The position numbers and the translations under genes were made by a program. The notes under the pieces are model-generated. The model was not told the origin of the DNA. It searched no databases and saw nothing but the letters and a program-made list of their open reading frames with translations. From positions 1-41,508 of the IMG/VR virus record IMGVR_UViG_3300024279_000011: a stretch of DNA of 41,508 nt. The stretch is one strand, 5' to 3'. This DNA comes from a virus. Lineage: Duplodnaviria; Caudoviricetes. This document shows, piece by piece, positions 35,037 through 41,508 of the stretch (position 1 is its first letter; every line of letters begins with the position of its first letter).

Positions 35037-35238
35037 GCTCCTTCTCCTTGTGAAGAATCATGATGTCGAGGCACTTAACGCAGTTAATTCGTTCTGGGAT
35101 CATCGTGTACTGCATCTCCGGGAACTCCATGAACTCGCCTTCGCGCGCGGGTTGGGACCAGTTCTTGGTGCAGAGTTGGAAGTATTCCCCCGTGTGGTTC
35201 TTGCGGCAGGTATAGAAGTGCCGGATTGGGCGAAGCAT
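34993..35238 (-). CDS. Small Cys/His hypothetical protein
   Basis: RH...LC...INCVKC; starts immediately after the upstream stop. Confidence 0.6.
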   Translation of the reverse strand: MLRPIRHFYTCRKNHTGEYFQLCTKNWSQPAREGEFMEFPEMQYTMIPERINCVKCLDIMILHKEKELERLRQARRDAPTS

Positions 35239-35343
35239 TCATGGGGCCTTGCACTGGGCAGTCAGTCTTGCGATACGGTCTATGAGATAGATCTCAAACC
35301 CGAAGTGAAAGGTTATGAAGACAAGGAATATGATCGTCGTCAT
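35239..35343 (-). CDS. Small membrane peptide (34 aa), not in the ORF track
   Basis: MTTIIFLVFITFHFGFEIYLIDRIARLTAQCKAP fills the gap between the SEC-C gene and the next ORF. Confidence 0.5.
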   Translation of the reverse strand: MTTIIFLVFITFHFGFEIYLIDRIARLTAQCKAP

Positions 35344-35345
35344 TC

Positions 35346-35543
35346 TCACTTCTTGGTCTCCCTGACGAAGCGAACAGGCTTACCGGCCTTGATCCCCTCG
35401 ACCTCCTCTTTAGGGAGAACGGCGGGCATACCGACACGGCAGCACCTCTTAAACTTCTTACCGCTTCCGCATGGACACGGCTTGTTTGGCGGGAACTTCA
35501 GCAGAGGGTTCCAGTCGTTGGATTCCTTGGGCTTGCGGGCCAT
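35346..35543 (-). CDS. SEC-C (SecA C-terminal) zinc-motif protein
   Basis: PNKPCPCGSGKKFKRCC. Likely start is ATG 35543; the frame stays open back to 35669. Confidence 0.75.
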   Translation of the reverse strand: MARKPKESNDWNPLLKFPPNKPCPCGSGKKFKRCCRVGMPAVLPKEEVEGIKAGKPVRFVRETKK

Positions 35544-35778
35544 TTTGGCCAGTCGCCTGAAGGCCTCCTGCTTCAACTGGTATTCGGGTTTGGTCTTTTG
35601 GCTCACGGGCCGCCTCCTCTGCTGCGTATTTCTCAAGCTTGTTATCAAGGGTACGGATCGCAATCCCAAGCGACTGGGCCGTCTTGGTCTTGTTCCAGCT
35701 AAAGTACTGAAGTGCCCTTTGGATAATGATCTTCTCAGAATCCTCGAGACTCATCCCTGGGTACCAAACATCTGTCAT
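35458..35778 (-). CDS. Stand-alone Fis/NtrC-type helix-turn-helix protein
   Basis: SLEDSEK.II.RAL....WNKTKTAQSLGIAIRTL.NKLEKY (HTH_8); GGAGG RBS; ATGA-coupled to the portal gene. Confidence 0.85.
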   Translation of the reverse strand: MTDVWYPGMSLEDSEKIIIQRALQYFSWNKTKTAQSLGIAIRTLDNKLEKYAAEEAAREPKDQTRIPVEAGGLQATGQNGPQAQGIQRLEPSAEVPAKQAVSMRKR

Positions 35779-37280
35779 GTGGCTCCTCCGTGTTCGTTCT
35801 TAACTTCTGGGGCTTCCTTAGCACTAAGCTTGGACTTGCCCTTGGGGGCTGCGGGCTTCTTCTCGCCTTCATCGCTGGCGTCGTCCTCTTCCGCATCTGG
35901 CTCGAGCATGACCTTATTGAGGTCCAATTGCATGGGGAGGAGGTTGTCGCGGTTACAGGCGTCCCGGAACTCCTCAGAGTCAATTTCGCCAGCGGTCTTA
36001 GCGCCCAGGAGACGATTGAACTTCTGGGTCTTAACGTTCTCCTCCTGCTCGGCCGAGAGAACCCTCAGAGGTTTGAATTTGATATCGAGATCGTCGGGGA
36101 TCATCCCGAAGAGTTTCTTGCACCTCAGTGCTAGGACGGTCATGGTCTCGTATTTGACCTTGGCCCTAACCTGCCCCTCGACCATTGAGTTATAGACCTC
36201 GATATCGTCCTCACCGGAGTTAAAGCCCGCAGCGGAGATCCCAAAGAGCTTAGTGAGGGGCATCCTTAAGTCAGAGGCCACCTGCATCCTGATCCCAGCC
36301 ATAGTCTCGGCGATCCCCGTGAAGGAGAGCTCCTTCTGGTCCCAGTCATCCTCAGCGTCCATAGTGAGGGCGTTAAGATAACTCTTCTGCATGTTCGCGA
36401 GCTGGATGCGCTTTTGAACCTGCTCCGTCCCGTTGGCGTTAAGGAGGGTGTTGGCCAGGTTCTTGATCTTGAAGACGTCCACCTTAAACTCGTCGAGAAC
36501 CTCGAAGGTGAGATCCGTGGCCTTAAGATACTGGTTAATGGAGCGGACCATCCCTTCAATGACCGAGAACCCCCAACCCCGGAGACGAGGCCGGATGAAT
36601 GAGGGGGCAACTAACCCCTTCATCTTCAGGACCCGAGACTTATGGATGCGCTCCCCATAGTAGCTGAAGTACTCAACCTCGTAGTTCTGAAGCTCGGCAT
36701 TGAACGCCTCGGTATTGAGTTTGTCCCAGAAGAGCTCCCACATATCGACCGCGCGGAACTCGAGCTTTGAGTCCTCGCCGATCATGTTCATGTCCAGTGG
36801 CATTGAGGGGTCTTGGTCAGTCATAAGGAGGACGCCGGCGCCACCATAAAGGCGGTTCCATTTGGCGGCTTGCTTCACCGCTTCCAGGTCCCCACTCCGG
36901 TCGGCTGTGATTAGGAGCTCTTTGATCTGGTCCTCGTTCAATTGCTTGGTGTGGACCTCGAGTCCCCCGCGAAAGGCATCGTCCACGGGGACGTCGATCA
37001 CGGTCTGAACGAGCCCGCTCTCCATGTACATCTCCGAGAGGAGCTGTCTTAGGTTCGAGACCAGGTACCAGCGTTGGTTCTTAAAGATCGTATCCACCTG
37101 GGAGAGCTGAACCCCCATTCCCCCGGGCTGAAACCCCATGATGGCCTCGGTGAGACCGTTCTTGAAGTTGTCCCACTGCTTTCCGGTCATCTCGTTCTTC
37201 AGGGTGCCAATCTGCTTCTCGCTTAGGATCATCTGCTCGGCGGGCAGTTCAATCTCTGGGGGCTTTTTACGCTTGGCCAC
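35775..37280 (-). CDS. Portal protein (DUF1073 family)
   Basis: Follows TerL; IDVPVDDAFR.G, W.RLYGGA, IHKSRV, GWG.S and P.TKLFGIS.AGFNSGE.D..YN. Confidence 0.92.
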   Translation of the reverse strand: MAKRKKPPEIELPAEQMILSEKQIGTLKNEMTGKQWDNFKNGLTEAIMGFQPGGMGVQLSQVDTIFKNQRWYLVSNLRQLLSEMYMESGLVQTVIDVPVDDAFRGGLEVHTKQLNEDQIKELLITADRSGDLEAVKQAAKWNRLYGGAGVLLMTDQDPSMPLDMNMIGEDSKLEFRAVDMWELFWDKLNTEAFNAELQNYEVEYFSYYGERIHKSRVLKMKGLVAPSFIRPRLRGWGFSVIEGMVRSINQYLKATDLTFEVLDEFKVDVFKIKNLANTLLNANGTEQVQKRIQLANMQKSYLNALTMDAEDDWDQKELSFTGIAETMAGIRMQVASDLRMPLTKLFGISAAGFNSGEDDIEVYNSMVEGQVRAKVKYETMTVLALRCKKLFGMIPDDLDIKFKPLRVLSAEQEENVKTQKFNRLLGAKTAGEIDSEEFRDACNRDNLLPMQLDLNKVMLEPDAEEDDASDEGEKKPAAPKGKSKLSAKEAPEVKNEHGGAT

Positions 37281-37303
37281 TGAACCCTCTCATGTTGGAT
37301 GAT

Positions 37304-38677
37304 TTATAGGACATCAAGAATTGAGGCATTTGAACACATTTCATTGAAGGCCCCGGACAGCGTGTCGACAATGTCGTCGTGCGATCCTGTCGGAAAGTTC
37401 TCAAGCTCGGTGAAGAATTCATCGTTCCAGGGGGCGCGTAAGACCATGATATTCCCGGCCTCTACTTGGGCCGATACGGGCTTCGCGCGGGTCTCCTTGT
37501 CCTTCGTTGGCTTACGGACTCTGACCTCGAACCCGGCCAAAAGACGGGCGTAGTTCTCGGCATCGGCCACGCCCGCCGAGCCCGGGTCTTGCTCGACACA
37601 GACCTTAACTCCGACCCCATCAAAGGCTGCCGTGTTCCTCACCATGCGTTCAACGTTGAGGGGCGTGTCCCTGAGGCTTCGGAGATCAGTGACAATGAAC
37701 TTACCGTTCGCGAGCTTGTGGAGCTTAAGGCCGCGGGTCCAATCCGGATCTGGATTGTCCTCGTTCGGTCTGGTTGCTCCCTTATCCCAATAGCGGACGA
37801 TGTCTATGGTCCCTGCGGGGGTCGCGTCCACGAGGTCGAACCACTCGCGGCGGAAGTAACTCCCTGCAGAGGCCCGGACGTTCCAGTTCCCCTCTTTAAG
37901 CCGCATCCGATCGACCCTTGAGAGGGCCATGAGGTTGGCCAGGTACCCTGGGTCCTTCTGCATGAGGATCTGGTTGTCGGTGATCTTGGCCGGGATGAAC
38001 GTGAGACTTTTTGGTTGGATCTCCGGTCCTCGTCCATAGCGGTCGTAGATCTCTTCCGGGGAGTCGGCCCAGATCAACTGCTCACTCTGGCGGATGAACC
38101 AGCGAATAGATCCCGCGCGTTCGGGGATGGCCAGACCATCGGCGTCGATCCACCAGTCAATGAGCTTTCGGACCCAGCTATCAACATCCGGATTGGTCGT
38201 GGCCCTCACATAGGGGCGCACCCCGCAGGTTGACCGATTCCTTGAAAGCATGTACCAGAACTGGAATTCCGAAAAGTGAGTGAGCTCATCGAACCCAAGG
38301 AAGCAGATCTGTGACCCCTGCCAGTCATAAACGTTCTTGTCGTACTCCAGGTGGGCGAACTTCACGCGCGCGCCCGAATCAAAGTTCCACTCGAGGGCGT
38401 ACTCTAATCCCTTGGCCCCTATGAACGGATATAGCTTCATCGACTCATCCCAAAGGCCTCCTTCGTTACGGACCTGAACACTCGTCTTCCGGAAGATCAC
38501 CCCCCCGTAATCTGGGTAATCGATGTAGTGCAGGGGTTCGAGGAGGAGGGCGAATGTCTTGCCGCCCCCGGCGCTGCCCCCATATATCGCAATATCGGCC
38601 TCTGTTGAAAGGAAGTCCGTCTGCGGCCCCGACTGTGGCCCGAACTCAATGCGTAGTTCCTGGGCCGCTTGGCTCAT
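37304..38677 (-). CDS. terL: Terminase large subunit
   Basis: PQ.GPQ Q-motif, Walker A YGGSAGGGKT, Walker B FDELTHF, RATTNP, nuclease residues YWD, EQDPGSAG and HDDIVD. Confidence 0.96.
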   Translation of the reverse strand: MSQAAQELRIEFGPQSGPQTDFLSTEADIAIYGGSAGGGKTFALLLEPLHYIDYPDYGGVIFRKTSVQVRNEGGLWDESMKLYPFIGAKGLEYALEWNFDSGARVKFAHLEYDKNVYDWQGSQICFLGFDELTHFSEFQFWYMLSRNRSTCGVRPYVRATTNPDVDSWVRKLIDWWIDADGLAIPERAGSIRWFIRQSEQLIWADSPEEIYDRYGRGPEIQPKSLTFIPAKITDNQILMQKDPGYLANLMALSRVDRMRLKEGNWNVRASAGSYFRREWFDLVDATPAGTIDIVRYWDKGATRPNEDNPDPDWTRGLKLHKLANGKFIVTDLRSLRDTPLNVERMVRNTAAFDGVGVKVCVEQDPGSAGVADAENYARLLAGFEVRVRKPTKDKETRAKPVSAQVEAGNIMVLRAPWNDEFFTELENFPTGSHDDIVDTLSGAFNEMCSNASILDVL

Positions 38678-39150
38678 TTCCTATCCCGATTGTTCGGAGG
38701 GATCGTGAAGACCACGACCGGTGCTTGGGGAGCCTGAGGAGCGCTGGCAATAGCCTTGGCAGTTATCTTGGCATCGGCCCGGCTAAACCCCTCCTGCGAC
38801 TCACACCAAAATACCAAGGCTTTGAGGTCCGGGGGACGGGCGTACTCCTCGGTCGGCCGCAGGGTCACCGGATCCACCTTCCGCTCCCCCATTGCCATGC
38901 TGAATAGGGTCTTCCTGACGTTGGTCGCAGCCTGAGACCTTCCCTCCTCCACCGCATGTCGCGCCGCTGGGTCCCGCGCTATTGCTTCCTGGAAGCTCGC
39001 TGGGGTCATTGGCTTGCCCTTGTGGTTCTTGAACAGGGCGGCCTGCTGGTGGAGGGGTACCCTAATGGCCGCGAGTGTCCTCAACTGGTCCAGCTCATTG
39101 GGCGAGAAGGTCCGGCGCTTGGGGGGGTCCCTTTTGGCATAGTGACTCAT
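38674..39150 (-). CDS. terS: Terminase small subunit
   Basis: Directly upstream of TerL with ATGA coupling; HTH-like N-terminus, L...AMG...PPD..A..FW and a C-terminal IPPNNR. Confidence 0.8.
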   Translation of the reverse strand: MSHYAKRDPPKRRTFSPNELDQLRTLAAIRVPLHQQAALFKNHKGKPMTPASFQEAIARDPAARHAVEEGRSQAATNVRKTLFSMAMGERKVDPVTLRPTEEYARPPDLKALVFWCESQEGFSRADAKITAKAIASAPQAPQAPVVVFTIPPNNRDRK

Positions 39151-39157
39151 GGATTAA

Positions 39158-39385
39158 CTCCGCAATTTGTCGGTTTTTCTGGTGGAAACTGAAGAAAAGC
39201 CGCCATTTTGGTGGTGTTTTCTGGCGAGAGCGCCGCGTAAAGTGCGCTTTTCGGGTCGCAGAACCTACCGGCCGGGCACTTGGCAGATGTCAGGGGTCCG
39301 CCTCCTTTGGAGGAGTCCTTGGCTTGCGGGTTGGGAGGGAGGGGCGACGCTCCGCAGGCAGGAACTACCGGTAAATTATGCGTAG
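39158..39385. ncRNA. Candidate ~230-nt closed multi-branched RNA/leader upstream of terS
   Basis: Closing pairing 39158-39168 with 39373-39385; inner helices TACCGG/CCGGTA, CGGTTTTTCT/AGAAAAGCCG, GAGCGC/GCGCTT, CCTCC/GGAGG and GCTTGCGG/CCGCAGGC. Confidence 0.45.
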
Positions 39386-39390
39386 ACTCA

Positions 39391-39420
39391 ATGGTGAGGA
39401 AGACGGCTCAGCTTTGGCAA
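39391..39420 (-). promoter_or_regulatory. Putative late promoter
   Basis: TTGCCA-N18-CACCAT on the minus strand, just downstream of the recT terminator. Confidence 0.35.
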
Positions 39421-39422
39421 GG

Positions 39423-39456
39423 AAAAGATGAAGCGCCCGGAGTTTAGGCCAGGCGC
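39423..39456 (-). terminator. Intrinsic terminator after the recT-like gene
   Basis: Minus strand reads GCGCCTGG-CCTAAACT-CCGGGCGC-TTCATCTTTT. Confidence 0.65.
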
Positions 39457-39466
39457 ATCGTGAGGC

Positions 39467-40189
39467 TTACTCTTGGGCGGTGAAGCGGCTGTTTAATTCT
39501 TGGGCACGGTCTGAGCTGGGGCTGACATCTTTGAGATCTGGAGCGTAGCCAAAGTCCTCGGCGATCGAGGCGCCGGTTAACGCGTCTGCGAAGAGGGCTC
39601 TAATGGCGAGGATTCGGGCTCGGCGGATCAGCATCACCTGGCGATAGGAAGACCATGGCATCCCTTCCTTGGCGCGCCGGAGGAGCCCCGCACGCTCTGC
39701 ATCCATAAGGGTGAATGCGAAGCTCTGGGGGTCCTTCATGCCCTTCCTCTGGAGTCTGACGACCCCACCCCAGGGTATGGCCTTGAGGTTTTGAGACTCC
39801 CAGCAGATCTTGGTGCCCTCCTCGTCGATATTGAACTCCTCGTAGAACATGAAGTCCTGGTGGCGCTGGACCAGGGCTAGGGGGAGGTCCCCGAAAAGGG
39901 ATGGAGAGCCCTCAATGACCGCTATGTTCCTGAGCGATGGTTGGGGCGGGAGCCCTAGTTGGGCCGCCATGTTCCACGCGACGACGACCTTCTCTCGGGT
40001 GTCCAGGTGTCTTGGCATGGACTTGGCCTTGATCATCTGGTCGATGAAGCGCAGGAGCTGGGTATGGTCCTGGGGTGCCAGGGCCTGGGTCTTATCTGAG
40101 ATCGGGATCAGCGACCCCATGGGTTGGGGCTTCGGTTCCGGGGCCTCGATTACTGGTTCTTGGGCGGCTTCAGTTGAGTCGGTCGTCAT
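39467..40189 (-). CDS. RecT/Red-beta-like single-strand annealing protein
   Basis: LGLPP..SL.NIAVI.G.PSL.GD..LALV, FT..DA.RAGL and PW..Y...ML..RAR..A.R..FADAL.G. Confidence 0.85.
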   Translation of the reverse strand: MTTDSTEAAQEPVIEAPEPKPQPMGSLIPISDKTQALAPQDHTQLLRFIDQMIKAKSMPRHLDTREKVVVAWNMAAQLGLPPQPSLRNIAVIEGSPSLFGDLPLALVQRHQDFMFYEEFNIDEEGTKICWESQNLKAIPWGGVVRLQRKGMKDPQSFAFTLMDAERAGLLRRAKEGMPWSSYRQVMLIRRARILAIRALFADALTGASIAEDFGYAPDLKDVSPSSDRAQELNSRFTAQE

Positions 40190-40418
40190 TGGTTTCTCCT
40201 TGTGTGATCGTAGTGAAGTAAAATCCGTTGGCCTCGAATTCCTGCTTTAGGGCCGTCTTGACCGCCTCCAATGCGAGGAGAACAGCCAGCATCTGCTGAG
40301 GGCTTGGGAGAGTATTGGGAAGGCGGTCTAGGACAAAGTTATTGATGGCCACCGCGATCGGCTTTACCTCTTCGCCGAACATCTGGGAAGTCAAATAGTC
40401 GTCGTGTTCATTGTGCAT
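40170..40418 (-). CDS. Hypothetical phage protein
   Basis: Overlaps the recT start; same strand as its neighbours. Confidence 0.6.
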   Translation of the reverse strand: MHNEHDDYLTSQMFGEEVKPIAVAINNFVLDRLPNTLPSPQQMLAVLLALEAVKTALKQEFEANGFYFTTITQGETNDDRLN

Positions 40419-40500
40419 TTCGAGGCCCCTTCGGCTCTTTGGTGTCGGCTGTCATGGCGTTGTCCACGGCCAAAGGGTCATCGACAAATGCATCCCCGTC

Positions 40501-40635
40501 TCAATTAAAAATCCCGACTATGAGCCACTCAATTCCCCGCCAGATCATACCGATGATTCTCACCGTGGTCCTTCTCTGGTAGTGCTCAAGGGTCTCCACG
40601 GCGTCGGCGTATTCCTGCATCTCTTCGAGGTGCAT
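40501..40635 (-). CDS. Small protein with hydrophobic C-terminus (44 aa), not in the ORF track
   Basis: MHLEEMQEYADAVETLEHYQRRTTVRIIGMIWRGIEWLIVGIFN; GGAGG upstream. Confidence 0.45.
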   Translation of the reverse strand: MHLEEMQEYADAVETLEHYQRRTTVRIIGMIWRGIEWLIVGIFN

Positions 40636-40934
40636 TTGGGCTCGCCTCCCTCGCCGATTGCGGCCCTGTAGGCTGCGAGGGCTTCCTCTGCTATCCGCTG
40701 GTCACTGGTACACGGCTCGCCTTTATTGTCATAGTGAGCTGATTCAAAATGTTCTAGCGCCTCCGCCATCTCTCTCACCACTCGGCTTTTGAGTGTCCAC
40801 TTAGCACCTTCAGCGAAATCACATCCCGCAGCAGTATCTAAATAGCTGACAGTATTTTTATGGGTACCGGCATACTCATGCGCCGCTGCTTCAAGTTCTC
40901 GTTCAAACTCAGTCGCGGCCTCGGTGGGGGTCAT
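40560..40934 (-). CDS. Hypothetical phage protein
   Basis: LEAAAHEYA...F.EGAKW pattern common in phage early proteins; ATGA-coupled. Confidence 0.65.
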   Translation of the reverse strand: MTPTEAATEFERELEAAAHEYAGTHKNTVSYLDTAAGCDFAEGAKWTLKSRVVREMAEALEHFESAHYDNKGEPCTSDQRIAEEALAAYRAAIGEGGEPKCTSKRCRNTPTPWRPLSTTREGPR

Positions 40935-41125
40935 TCGTCGTGCTCCTTGTCGCTCCAGTCTGGAACTATCTTAAGCGGTCTGCCGCAGATTAAACAGCGC
41001 CCCCGCTCATTGGTCTTTTTGATGAAGTCCTCAAGGGTCCTGCGCGGCATCAGCCAGTATCGGTCGATGAGAAGTCCCACCATCACCATGAAGTAAGCTA
41101 TGGCTGCAAAGGTGTTCAGGTTCAC
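40931..41125 (-). CDS. Small membrane-anchored protein with CxxC
   Basis: N-terminal TM segment and CLICG; GGAGG RBS. Confidence 0.6.
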   Translation of the reverse strand: MNLNTFAAIAYFMVMVGLLIDRYWLMPRRTLEDFIKKTNERGRCLICGRPLKIVPDWSDKEHDE

Positions 41126-41340
41126 TTCAAATCCTCCAGCTTACAAAAGCTCTTTTCGATGCGCTTGATGTATGGCTTATATTTCCTTGGTTGGCGATAA
41201 GGGCTCTCTAAAATCCAGCGGCGTCCATTGGGGGTCATGATGAATTGTGGGTTGAAGAAGTCCCCTGGATAATAGAAGAAAAACTGGTCCCGTTTGACGG
41301 CATACCAAAGCTCAACCTCTGGCTCAAAGAGATCTCTCAC
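41122..41340 (-). CDS. Hypothetical phage protein
   Basis: GGAGGGA RBS before GTG; coupled to the next gene. Confidence 0.6.
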   Translation of the reverse strand: MRDLFEPEVELWYAVKRDQFFFYYPGDFFNPQFIMTPNGRRWILESPYRQPRKYKPYIKRIEKSFCKLEDLK

Positions 41341-41380
41341 TCCCTCCCCCCAATCTTTACTGGCCCAGGATGGGGCTTGT

Positions 41381-41508
41381 TCATATGCCGTTGCCGTTGC
41401 CGTAGCCGCCGTTGCCGTAGCCGTTGCCGTAGCCGTCGCCGTTGCCGTTGCCGTTGCCGTTGCCGTAGCCGTCGCCGTCGCCGTTGCCGTCGCCGTAGCC
41501 GCCGTTGC
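41381..41508 (-). CDS. C-terminus of a Gly-x repeat protein (GNGGYGDGNGDGDGYG...), truncated at the window end
   Basis: Open frame of GGC-(A/T/G)AC codon pairs ending GGC ATA TGA at 41381. Confidence 0.7.
   Translation of the reverse strand, partial: NGGYGDGNGDGDGYGNGNGNGNGDGYGNGYGNGGYGNGNGI
41387..41508. repeat. Degenerate hexanucleotide tandem repeat (GGCDAC on the minus strand)
   Basis: About 20 units of gccgt(t/a/c) on the plus strand. Confidence 0.95.

Larger units (their letters stand above)
1..41508. mobile_element. Near-complete tailed bacteriophage genome (contractile-tailed, Mu-like baseplate)
   Basis: Complete ordered set of terminase, portal, head, neck, sheath, tube, tape measure, baseplate, fibre, lysis, replication and recombination genes. 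No host chromosomal flank. Both window ends fall inside ORFs. Confidence 0.97.

Noticed and set aside
35020-36195. Long plus-strand ORF (391 aa) and other antisense ORFs such as 8421..9161, 24206..24922, 27555..28097 and 31623..32303
   Set aside because: They lie opposite well-supported genes, lack RBS and motifs, and are expected shadows in GC-rich coding DNA.
35775-37280. Anti-CBASS Acb1 label sometimes attached to DUF1073 proteins
   Set aside because: Size, motifs and position after TerL identify it as the portal. No appended 2H-phosphoesterase domain is visible.
41387-41508. Diversity-generating retroelement suggested by AAC/TAC/GAC variation
   Set aside because: No reverse transcriptase and no separate template/variable repeat pair in the window, and the second A of AAC never varies. 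A tandem repeat explains it more simply.

Overview
The whole window reads as a near-complete genome of a ~42-kb tailed phage with a contractile tail (myovirus). Both ends cut through genes. Almost all genes are on the minus strand. Reading from right to left: small early genes and a RecT-like annealase; TerS and TerL; a DUF1073-type portal; head genes; neck, sheath, tube, a tail chaperone with a -1 frameshift, a short tape measure and a Mu-like baseplate; fibres; lysis genes. These converge at ~9.95 kb on a short plus-strand block (6.2-9.9 kb) of small accessory genes that includes a KhpA-like KH RNA-binding protein. Left of that block lies a minus-strand module: ParB-like/DNA methyltransferase fusion, NUMOD4-HNH endonuclease, replication initiator with internal iterons, DnaB helicase and RecE-like exonuclease. 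I recognised no integrase, tRNA, CRISPR array or reverse transcriptase. The most unusual observations are: (1) both large fibre-like proteins and a small neighbour in the tail module carry Sec-type signal peptides and paired cysteines, a secreted mini-paralog of the fibre repeat region sits in the early block, and a SEC-C zinc-motif protein sits next to the portal, together suggesting a fibre export and periplasmic maturation pathway; (2) two densely base-paired non-coding regions (4.1-4.76 kb and 39.16-39.39 kb) occur together with the phage-encoded KhpA; (3) a GT9-like glycosyltransferase and an FkbM methyltransferase are embedded in the baseplate and head modules. Protein family calls come from motif recognition by eye and RNA pairings were found by hand; no database search or folding program was run.
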